In this document: positions 1-7,596 of the stretch, one piece after another
How the letters are laid out: each line of letters starts with the position of its first letter
Position numbering within the stretch: position 1 is the stretch's first letter
NCBI GenBank assembly: GCA_035541295.1
Contig: DATKNP010000003.1
Coordinates: 34,549-58,548 of the forward strand
Direction: 5' to 3'
From: Minisyncoccota bacterium
Lineage (GTDB): Bacteria; Patescibacteriota; Minisyncoccia; Phycocordibacterales; UBA2100
DNA length: 24,000 bases
Notes under the pieces: generated by a model
Seen by the model: the letters and a program-made list of their open reading frames with translations, nothing else
What the model was told of the DNA's origin: nothing
Databases searched by the model: none
Made by a program: the position numbers and the translations under genes

Positions 1-334
1 AGAGGTGCGCGCCGAGCGCATGCGGGAATATTTTGAAAAAGACGACCGTGGAATCAAAGACGCGTCGTCCTGATTGCAAATTCAAAAGCCACGAGACGCG
101 TTCGGTGTACACGTCAGGGACGCTCTCGAAACTTTTGAAGCACGGTAGGAGTATTTCGCGCGGGCCAAAGAAAAACTTCTGCACCTTCCTGTTGCCACTT
201 ACAATTCCTACGATTGACGGTTCCGATTTGCCCGAAAGAAAATCAAAGTCGAGTATCGATTGGATTATTTTCTCATGATTGCCGGCGATGAGTATGCCAG
301 TCTTCCCCTTTCGTATCTCTTCTATGATATTCAT
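1..334 (-). CDS. aclA: ATP-citrate lyase alpha-subunit-like protein, N-terminal CoA-binding part only (3' end runs off window)
   Basis: Not in the supplied ORF track. My minus-strand translation from the ATG at 334 gives MNIIEEIRKGKTGILIAGNHEKIIQSILDFDFLSGKSEPSIVGIVSGNRKVQKFFFGPREILLPCFKSF... The LDFDF..EPS..QKF.FG..EIL.P pattern matches the start of the CoA-binding half of ACLY/AclA. The start overlaps the upstream stop as ATGA (331-334). Confidence 0.6.
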   Translation of the reverse strand, partial: MNIIEEIRKGKTGILIAGNHEKIIQSILDFDFLSGKSEPSIVGIVSGNRKVQKFFFGPREILLPCFKSFESVPDVYTERVSWLLNLQSGRRVFDSTVVFFKIFPHALGAHL

Positions 335-1485
335 ACGCGTACAAATGTTATCGCGTCATCGACCGCCTTCGTAATGATCGCATCAGAACCATCGACTGCA
401 CCGAGCAAATTTTCTTTGGTCAGGAATTCGCGCATGATGGCGAGTCCCACCGTTTCATTCGGGCCGCCGCGACGGACGAAGACTTTGATACCGGCCGCGC
501 GCATATCAGGAGCGACTTCACGTAGCGCATCGATAATGCCAGAGAAGGTCGATTTCATATCAGTAAAGTTCGCGATGCCGCCCGCGATGATGAGTGCCTT
601 CTTTTTTGCCTTCGAAGCAAGCATTACACCGAGCACTTCTTTGGCATAGAGATAGGTCTCTTGGCGCGTCGGCCCGCCACTATACTCGCCGTAATTGCCG
701 ATGAGTGCTCCCGCGCCCAGAAGCTGCGCTTCATCTGCTATCACGATAGAGCCGCCGCCGCCGGAGAGGAGGAAAAAGAGCGCTCCGTCAGGATTGATTA
801 TGGAAAGCTTAAGCGATGCCGGTGTCGTCGCTGCGAGCGCCTCAACCTGAGCTTCAGCCGGATGTTTTAATTTCGATTCTACGAGGTCTGCATTGTTCCA
901 TGTATCGGTGAAGAATGCCCCTGCATCATCGACCAAAACTGCCGCATCCAGAAGATGCACTTCACCATTTTTGATAACGAGCGGGTTGATCTCGAGGAAT
1001 GCGAAGAAATTCTTATCAAACATTTCAAGACACCGCTCAAGAAAAGCTTGTGGGATTTGAGATGTGCTCGCGATCATGGAAATATCCGTCGTCGATGCAA
1101 TCAGATATTGTTTGACCATCTCTGGATGTGCTTCGATATCGACACCGCCGTCTTTCGCATGCAGCACGCGAATGCCTTCGCGCACACGCTCCATCGAGAA
1201 GTACTGTTCTTCTTGTGGTGAGTGTGGGAAAAACGGCTCGAGGATGAATTGTGTAAAGCCCCGGCCTTTCCAGGATTCGACTGATGCTGCTAATTCTGCT
1301 GCAGGTTTGTCGACGACGATCAAACCTTGCTTGAAACGCTTCTTCACGCCTTGATCAACCTTCGCGACCCATGTCCCTGAAGTCGGCATCACATCATCGC
1401 CTTCGGGACGAATAGAGAGCCCCGCATAGCTATCGCCGAGCAAAATCTTCTTTGCGCGGTATTCACTTAGTTTGACGCGGGACAT
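331..1485 (-). CDS. aclB: ATP-citrate lyase beta-subunit-like ATP-grasp/citrate-binding protein
   Basis: ORF 331..1674, trimmed to the ATG at 1485 (MSRVKLSEYRAKK). It has strings typical of the ACLY N-terminal half: FILEPFFPHS, FLEINPLV, ASLKLSIINP, GNYGEYSGGPT, IIAGGIANFTD, VFVRRGGPNE. The upstream 63 codons of the ORF look like a non-coding extension. Confidence 0.8.
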   Translation of the reverse strand: MSRVKLSEYRAKKILLGDSYAGLSIRPEGDDVMPTSGTWVAKVDQGVKKRFKQGLIVVDKPAAELAASVESWKGRGFTQFILEPFFPHSPQEEQYFSMERVREGIRVLHAKDGGVDIEAHPEMVKQYLIASTTDISMIASTSQIPQAFLERCLEMFDKNFFAFLEINPLVIKNGEVHLLDAAVLVDDAGAFFTDTWNNADLVESKLKHPAEAQVEALAATTPASLKLSIINPDGALFFLLSGGGGSIVIADEAQLLGAGALIGNYGEYSGGPTRQETYLYAKEVLGVMLASKAKKKALIIAGGIANFTDMKSTFSGIIDALREVAPDMRAAGIKVFVRRGGPNETVGLAIMREFLTKENLLGAVDGSDAIITKAVDDAITFVRV

Positions 1486-1492
1486 ACGGTGT

Positions 1493-2134
1493 TCATTTGT
1501 TTGCGTACCATACCATAACCGTCTCGTGCGAGGCAGCATCGGAAGCAGTCTCAAGCACGGTGAAGCCCAGACCCTCCGAGAGCGCATGGCTTGCCGGATT
1601 GTCGGCATAGATCCCGGCCCAGATGTTCGCGTGCGGGTAGATGCTGCAATACGTATCCATGCAAAATCGTACAAACGGCTTCATGAGCCCGGTACCGCGA
1701 AACGGCCGGTACGAACGGTACACGATGGTGTGCCAATTGTCTGCATCCATCGTCCGCTCATCTTGTGTGCGCTCTTCTTCAGAAAGATGTTTGAGGGACT
1801 TGCGTCCCAAGGGCTTCGGTCCAAACCATGCGAGCCCCGCAAGCTTCCCCGAAGTCTTCTCAACGAGTGCGAACGGGACACGATCCTTAGTGTACCACTC
1901 TTCGTACGACCCTTCACCGAAACGCTGTCGGTCGGAGGTATTGTGCTGGATCTCCTCGTCGGTCTCATCGAGCGATCGTTCTTTGAGTTGTGCGACAAGA
2001 TCCGAATCAAGTCCGGCAACTATCACAAATTGTTCTCCGTCCTTCCCGCGCATTGATCCGATGCGCGTAGATGTATAGATAGGGATTGGTAGTATGAACC
2101 CTACTCCGTCAGGGATGATCTGTACCTCGGACAT
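1493..2134 (-). CDS. GNAT-family N-acetyltransferase-like protein
   Basis: C-terminal 213 codons of ORF 1493..2722, starting at the ATG at 2134 (MSEVQIIPDG). YRPFRGTGLMKPFVRFCMD resembles GNAT motif A (R/Q-x-x-G-x-G/A). The longer ORF overlaps recO out of frame and is rejected. Confidence 0.6.
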   Translation of the reverse strand: MSEVQIIPDGVGFILPIPIYTSTRIGSMRGKDGEQFVIVAGLDSDLVAQLKERSLDETDEEIQHNTSDRQRFGEGSYEEWYTKDRVPFALVEKTSGKLAGLAWFGPKPLGRKSLKHLSEEERTQDERTMDADNWHTIVYRSYRPFRGTGLMKPFVRFCMDTYCSIYPHANIWAGIYADNPASHALSEGLGFTVLETASDAASHETVMVWYANK

Positions 2135-2174
2135 GAACCAACAATATCGCTTCAAGCTTCCAAATACAATGAAA

Positions 2175-2750
2175 TCAGAGGTGCGTCTGCGAAAGCGCTT
2201 TGTTGATGGACAAGAGGAGCGCATCTTGGATGACCTCCGCTTCGCGCAGGTGGGTGTCGGCGTAGGCCGTGTGGGTGAAAAGTGCGGTCTCGAGCGCTTC
2301 GGCTGAGAGGTAGCCAAGCGCGTAGAGGATGCGTGCGACCGCGACGATCTCGATAGTCGCGACCGACTCGACTTGTTCGCGCATGAGTGCCTGATGTGCC
2401 TCGGCGAGTGCATCGAAGAGATACTCGTCGTGATCTTCGCCGTGGACAAGTTTGACGACAAGTTCGCTGATGCGAGCGAATGCAGACACGCCTTTCGGAT
2501 CCTTCCCTGTCGCCGCAGTCGAGGCAGTCGCACCTGCGGCACGCCAGCCACTTTTGCCCCGCACGAGCGAGACATTGGCGCGCGCGTAGGGCTGGAGCGC
2601 ATAGCGCATCTTCGACTTTTCACTCCGCACTGATGTAGCGCGAGCGCGCACGAGACCGAAGTCACGTGTATACAAAGCGAATGTCTTATCCGCTTCTCCA
2701 TACTCATGTGCGGCAAGTACAATCGCGTCGGTCTGATACTTTTGGTACAT
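2175..2750 (-). CDS. recO: DNA repair/recombination protein RecO (short form, no Cys zinc motif)
   Basis: 191 aa. The N-terminus MYQKYQTDAIVLAAHEYGEADKTFALYTRDFGLVRARATSVRSEKSKMR is the typical RecO OB-fold signature. The start lies 2 nt downstream of the ileS stop. Confidence 0.8.
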   Translation of the reverse strand: MYQKYQTDAIVLAAHEYGEADKTFALYTRDFGLVRARATSVRSEKSKMRYALQPYARANVSLVRGKSGWRAAGATASTAATGKDPKGVSAFARISELVVKLVHGEDHDEYLFDALAEAHQALMREQVESVATIEIVAVARILYALGYLSAEALETALFTHTAYADTHLREAEVIQDALLLSINKALSQTHL

Positions 2751-2752
2751 AA

Positions 2753-5700
2753 CTACTCTCTTGTAACCTCAATTCCAATCGAGTATTTACCAACTATTTT
2801 TTTGTCCGCTGATACTTCCCCAAACGAAACGACAGCGGCTTTTAAGGTGTTGGCAATTTCCTCCTTATACTTGTTTATGATCAATCTTGCCTCTTCGGGT
2901 GCATCAATCTTCAGTGTGATTGTGTCGTGCGGATTTAATCCAGCATTCTTACGTTCGCCTTGCACGGTACGCAGGAAATCACGCACAAGACCTTTCTCTT
3001 CAAGTTCTGGGGTTATCTTTATATTGATTGCTAATTGTAGGGTTCCCACATCATCAATCACATGCCAATCTGGATTGTTTTTCAAATTGTGAATGACGTT
3101 GATATCTTTGTAGGAGGATACTTGTTCGACGTTCGTTTCCTGTTTAATGATCTCTATCAATTCTGGTGACAACAAGAAGTCAGCATTAAGTGCAACTTCT
3201 GATAGCGGTTGTCTTACCCTTATCTTACGAATATCTCGAACCATAAGAATATGTTCGACCGCAAGACGTGTCTGCTTCATGGGCAATAAATCCATGTTGT
3301 GTCTGGTGCCGTAAATCCAGCGGAAAAAAAGATTTAGTCGTGGCTTAATCTCCGGCCACATCGCAAGGTGCACACTCTCTTCATCCTCCTCCTCACGCAC
3401 CGCTTGGAACAAGTATTCAGCGAAGAACGGCATCGTCGGAGCCATCACGCGCGAGAGGGTATGTAAAACGTAGCGCAGTGTCGCGAGTGCTTTTTCTTTA
3501 TCAGTCCCGTTGGTTTTAAATCGGTCGCGACTACGGCGTAGGTACCACACGGAAAGATCGTCGATGAATCCACTGATAGGCCGCGCGGCGACATCGAGCT
3601 GATAGCTCTCGAATCCCTTGGTCGATTCTGCCACGAGCTCGTCGAGTCGCGAAAGTATCCAGCGGTCGAGCACGTTGGTGCTCTTCCAATCGCGCGGCGT
3701 ACCATCCTTATAGAGTTCATAGAATGCGAGTACGTTGTTGAGTCGTCCGATATTCTTCTTCACGATATCGTCGACGCCTTTCTCCGAAAATCCGAGATTT
3801 TCCGCTTGCATCACTGGCGATGAAAGCAGATAGAAGCGCAGCGCATCGGCGCCGTATGTGTCGACGACTTCCATCGGGTCGGGATAATTCTTGAGTTTCT
3901 TCGACATCTTCTTGCCGTCTTCGGCGAGTACAATGCCGTTGACGATGACGTTTTGGAACGCGTTCTTCTGGAATATGCCGCTTGCAAGTACGTGCAGGTA
4001 GTAGAACCACGCACGCGTCTGATCGATTCCTTCAGCAATGAATTGCGCCGGAAATACCGCATCAAACTTTTCTTTGTTTTCAAACGGATAGTGCCGTTCG
4101 CCGTACGGCATCGAACCAGAATCGAACCACGTATCGAGCACGTCGGGGATGCGCTTCATCACACCGCCGCATTCGCATGGCAGCGTGATTTCATCGACAA
4201 TGTGCTTGTGCAAATCATCCACCTTCTTACCGCTTGCCTCTTCGAGCTCGGAGACGCTCCCGAAGACACGCTGCTTCTTACACTTCTCGCAGACCCAAAT
4301 CGGAATGACGCTCGCCCAGAATCGCTGGCGACTGACAGACCAGTCACGTGCGCCTTCGAGCCATTTGCCCCATCTTCCCTCTTTGATGTGGCTCGGTGAC
4401 CAGTTGATTGCCTTTGCGTTTTCAAGCAGATTGTCTTTAATCTTCGTGACATTCACAAACCACGACGATGTCGCGTAATTGAGAAGCGGCGTGTCACAAC
4501 GCCAGCAATGCGGATATGCGTGCGTAATATTTTCCTTCGAGAAGAAGCTTCCGTTATCCTGCAGGTATTTCAAAACGGCGATATCGGTGCCGAGCCGCAC
4601 CCTGTCGTCATCTGAGCGCGGCTTCACTTCCATGCCGGCAAAATCCGTGACTTCCGGCTTCATCGTGCCGTCGTAATTGACGTGCTGCACGAATGGAAGA
4701 TTTTCTTTTTTCAAAAGTTCCCAGTCATCAGAACCGAATGCCGGTGCGATATGCACCACTCCGGTACCACTTTCGGTCGTGACGAAATCCGCCGCATAGA
4801 CTTTCCATCCATTCTCGCGGTTCTTGAGAGTCGTGTCTTTGGCGTAATAGTCGAAAAGCGCTTCATATTCGAGACCAGCTAATATGTGTCCCGGAAACAC
4901 AATCCCGACTTTTTCATATTCTTGATATAGACTGTCTTTATAGTGAGGTGTTACGCCTAGGTCGTCGTGTTTAAGGGGAAAAGTCTCACGGTCGTACGCA
5001 GCCTCTGCAATTATTATTTCATGACTACCGTCTTTGTGTTTAGCTCTGACATAATCGATATTGCCTCCGACAGCAAGCGCAACGTTTCCCGGTAAGGTCC
5101 ACGGAGTAGTTGTCCAAGCGAGAATATAAACATCTACATCTGATTTGATGCTTTCATTTTTCTTCAGCTTGAATTTCGCCGTCACCGAAATATCTTTCAC
5201 ATCCTTATACCCTTCCGAAACTTCCTGCTGGCTAAGCGTCGTCTCGCAGCGCGGGCAAATATGCATCACGCGATAGTCTTCATAGACAAGTCCTTTATCG
5301 AAGAGCTGTTTGAAAACCCACCAGACGGATTCCATGAATGATTTGTCCATCGTGCGATACGCATGCTCCATGTCGACGAAGCGGCCGATGCGCGGAATGA
5401 TCTTTTCCCATTCGTGCGCGTACGTCAGCACTTGCTCGCGGCAGCGTTCGTTGAACTTCGCGATGCCATACTCTTTGATATCTTTCTTGTGCTTAAATCC
5501 AAGCTCTTTCTCGACAATGTTCTCTATCGGCAAGCCGTGACAATCCCAGCCCCAGATACGCGGCACGCGATAGCCGCGCATCGTAAAATAACGCGGCACG
5601 ACGTCCTTGATGACCGATGCGACGATATGTCCGTAATGCGGCAAGCCGGTCGCAAACGGCGGGCCGTCGTAGAAAACATACTCACCTTTCGTCGGTTCCT

Positions 5701-5803
5701 TGTCGACCGACTTCTTGAAAATATCTCGCTCGCGCCAAAAGGCAAGGATCGCTTCCTCGCGTTTGGCTACCTCGCTCTTGGGAGTATCGTTCGTATCCGC
5801 CAT
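2753..5803 (-). CDS. ileS: Isoleucine--tRNA ligase, type 2 (eukaryote/archaeal-like)
   Basis: 1016 aa. It has the class I HIGH motif (PHYGH), KMSKKLKNYPDP (the KMSKS loop as in type 2 IleRS), and WTTTPWTLPGN and CWRC editing/CP1-region strings. Confidence 0.97.
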   Translation of the reverse strand: MADTNDTPKSEVAKREEAILAFWRERDIFKKSVDKEPTKGEYVFYDGPPFATGLPHYGHIVASVIKDVVPRYFTMRGYRVPRIWGWDCHGLPIENIVEKELGFKHKKDIKEYGIAKFNERCREQVLTYAHEWEKIIPRIGRFVDMEHAYRTMDKSFMESVWWVFKQLFDKGLVYEDYRVMHICPRCETTLSQQEVSEGYKDVKDISVTAKFKLKKNESIKSDVDVYILAWTTTPWTLPGNVALAVGGNIDYVRAKHKDGSHEIIIAEAAYDRETFPLKHDDLGVTPHYKDSLYQEYEKVGIVFPGHILAGLEYEALFDYYAKDTTLKNRENGWKVYAADFVTTESGTGVVHIAPAFGSDDWELLKKENLPFVQHVNYDGTMKPEVTDFAGMEVKPRSDDDRVRLGTDIAVLKYLQDNGSFFSKENITHAYPHCWRCDTPLLNYATSSWFVNVTKIKDNLLENAKAINWSPSHIKEGRWGKWLEGARDWSVSRQRFWASVIPIWVCEKCKKQRVFGSVSELEEASGKKVDDLHKHIVDEITLPCECGGVMKRIPDVLDTWFDSGSMPYGERHYPFENKEKFDAVFPAQFIAEGIDQTRAWFYYLHVLASGIFQKNAFQNVIVNGIVLAEDGKKMSKKLKNYPDPMEVVDTYGADALRFYLLSSPVMQAENLGFSEKGVDDIVKKNIGRLNNVLAFYELYKDGTPRDWKSTNVLDRWILSRLDELVAESTKGFESYQLDVAARPISGFIDDLSVWYLRRSRDRFKTNGTDKEKALATLRYVLHTLSRVMAPTMPFFAEYLFQAVREEEDEESVHLAMWPEIKPRLNLFFRWIYGTRHNMDLLPMKQTRLAVEHILMVRDIRKIRVRQPLSEVALNADFLLSPELIEIIKQETNVEQVSSYKDINVIHNLKNNPDWHVIDDVGTLQLAINIKITPELEEKGLVRDFLRTVQGERKNAGLNPHDTITLKIDAPEEARLIINKYKEEIANTLKAAVVSFGEVSADKKIVGKYSIGIEVTRE

Positions 5804-5842
5804 TGGGCTATCGTAGCAAATCTATGGCCTTGCGGCGAGGTT

Positions 5843-7453
5843 TTACTGGGCTTTTTTCTTATACGGCTTCCACGTATTTTCGATGAGCCCGAGGTGCCCG
5901 AGGCGTGCGGTGATGGCGCCGGGCTTGCGGCCGAAGTGCTGTGCGATGTCTTTGTTGGGCTTCTGTTCGTTGAACATTGCGGTGAGGAGTGCGTCGTCGT
6001 CTTTGCTCCAGGGTTTGCCCATGTTGGGATATTTTTCCCGTGCTTCGTCGATCTTACCTGGGCTTTTTTCTTGGCTACTTGAAACTTTCTCTCTGCCGCT
6101 CGGCTCTTGCGGCATCTGCATCCTCGGCTCGTGCGCGCCGATGGCTTTCAAGAAATTCTGCTGCATGTGTTCCTTGTCGCTCTCTGGCAACGATGCAAAT
6201 TTTCTCCGCGCCGCGTCCGAATACGAGCGGAAGTACCGATCCTGCGCGACGACATCCGGATGCATTTGGAGCGCGCGCTCGTTGAAACCTTCGAGGTAGA
6301 GCCCGCCGAGCGTTCGCACGCGCGAGATGGCGACGTACCCTTGCCCATACTCGAATGCGGCACCCAAGTCGATGACTGCTGCATCGAGGCTCATACCCTG
6401 GCTCTTGTGTACCGTTATCGCCCACGCGAGCCGCAGCGGGATCTGGCTAATCTTCGCGAGGATTTTGTTGCCATCTTGTATTGCCCATTCGGCTGGCTCG
6501 ACGGTGAGGGTTACTCCTGAGTGTGTCTTCACGATGGGCGCACCCAAGGGCGAGAAGCCGATAACATCACCGAGGGTGCCATTGACGTATCCTTCGTCGA
6601 AATTGTTGCGCGTGAACATGACTGCGGCACCCTCCTTGAGGACGAGCGTCTCCGGCGAGAGGCAACTCTTTTTCAATACTTCAACGAGATTCGATGCACC
6701 GCGCGATGTCATTTGATAGACATGGGCGCTCATCTTGATTTTATCGAGCGCATCGGTATTCATCCGATCGACATCGGCGTTGTGCGTGTAAAGCTTTGTC
6801 GCGACGGCACTGATGGGCTTGAGCCCCATACGCCCCGCGAGTACGTCGCGATGTTTGCGCGTGAAGACACCGTGCCGCATCGCGGAGAGGAGCTCGAGGA
6901 ACTCGCCGTCGTCCTGGCGATGTTGCTCATTGAGATAACAGGCAACCGGTCGCGCATCTTTCCATGCAGGAGAAGCGAACGCGAATTGTATATCAGCCTC
7001 TTTGCTTACGGGTGGCAGCTGGAAAAAGTCGCCGACAAATATAACCTGCAGTCCCCCGAACGGCTCCTCGGGCATCATCGGCTTGTGGCGCAGCGTACGC
7101 AGCACGCGATCAACACTCTCGAGCGTCATTGCATCAAGCATTGATATTTCGTCAATTACCAAAACCTTTGCATCGAGAATACGTCGCGCAGTCTTCTCCT
7201 TGCTCTGTATATTCTCGATATCCCAGTCAGAGACGGTGCGCTTTACACCGATGCCACTCCACGAATGGATGGTCATGCCACTTACGTGTGTCGCTGCAAT
7301 ACCGGTCGAAGCGGTGACGGCGACGTCCACCCCGCGCACGTTGAGGTAGCGGATGTAGGCGTTGATCGTGTGTGTCTTGCCACTACCCGGCTCTCCAGTC
7401 AGAAACACATTGACACCGGTTTTCATTATTTCTAGAGCCTCGTTCTGGGTCAT
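5843..7453 (-). CDS. Pif1/RecD-family SF1B DNA helicase with C-terminal Myb/SANT-like HTH tail
   Basis: 536 aa. It has Walker A GEPGSGKTH, Walker B VLVIDEISM, FVGDFFQLPPV, and TVHKSQG plus VAISRV (UvrD_C_2-like). The C-terminal PWSKDDDALLTAMFNEQKPNKDIAQHFGRKPGAITARL resembles a Myb/SANT repeat. Confidence 0.85.
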   Translation of the reverse strand: MTQNEALEIMKTGVNVFLTGEPGSGKTHTINAYIRYLNVRGVDVAVTASTGIAATHVSGMTIHSWSGIGVKRTVSDWDIENIQSKEKTARRILDAKVLVIDEISMLDAMTLESVDRVLRTLRHKPMMPEEPFGGLQVIFVGDFFQLPPVSKEADIQFAFASPAWKDARPVACYLNEQHRQDDGEFLELLSAMRHGVFTRKHRDVLAGRMGLKPISAVATKLYTHNADVDRMNTDALDKIKMSAHVYQMTSRGASNLVEVLKKSCLSPETLVLKEGAAVMFTRNNFDEGYVNGTLGDVIGFSPLGAPIVKTHSGVTLTVEPAEWAIQDGNKILAKISQIPLRLAWAITVHKSQGMSLDAAVIDLGAAFEYGQGYVAISRVRTLGGLYLEGFNERALQMHPDVVAQDRYFRSYSDAARRKFASLPESDKEHMQQNFLKAIGAHEPRMQMPQEPSGREKVSSSQEKSPGKIDEAREKYPNMGKPWSKDDDALLTAMFNEQKPNKDIAQHFGRKPGAITARLGHLGLIENTWKPYKKKAQ

Positions 7454-7493
7454 AGAGCGTCAGTGTATCATCCACATATTGCAGGATTGGCGG

Positions 7494-7551
7494 CTACAGA
7501 GATCAGATCTCTGTAGTTATCCACAGAAATTACAGAGATCTGATCTCTGTA
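7494..7551. repeat. Two near-identical perfect palindromes (23 bp and 21 bp) separated by 14 bp
   Basis: 7494-7516 is CTACAGAGATC-A-GATCTCTGTAG. 7531-7551 is TACAGAGATC-T-GATCTCTGTA. This gives four copies of the 10-mer TACAGAGATC in alternating orientation. The element lies in the argS-helicase intergenic region and is followed on the plus strand by TATATTTTTCTT. Confidence 0.9.
7517..7525 (+). promoter_or_regulatory. Perfect DnaA-box consensus 9-mer TTATCCACA (function unproven)
   Basis: This is an exact match to TTATCCACA and lies in the spacer between the two palindromes. One-mismatch copies are TCATCCACA at 7468-7476 and TTATCCACT at 9288-9296. No dnaA/dnaN gene or clear AT-rich unwinding element is nearby. 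Confidence 0.25.
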
Positions 7552-7596
7552 TATTTTTCTTGGCTTAGATACTTGAGTTCGTTTGCTCTAATTTTT

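Noticed and set aside
1493-2722. The full 409-aa minus-strand ORF extending the GNAT gene upstream
   Set aside because: The N-terminal ~196 codons overlap recO in another frame and are Ser/Arg-rich junk. A clean ATG at 2134 gives a normal-size GNAT protein.
5363-6082. Plus-strand ORFs 5363..6082, 9384..9941, 17835..18449, 1472..2056 and similar
   Set aside because: All are antisense to strongly supported minus-strand genes (ileS/helicase, rplK, the tRNA-binding protein and ruvX, GNAT) and have no motifs. They are treated as shadow ORFs.
7454-7596. A CRISPR array or chromosomal origin (oriC)
   Set aside because: There are only two repeat copies, both self-palindromic, separated by a 14-bp spacer, and no cas genes, so this is not a CRISPR. 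For oriC there is only one perfect and one imperfect DnaA box, no dnaA/dnaN gene and no clear DUE, so it is kept only as a low-interest note.
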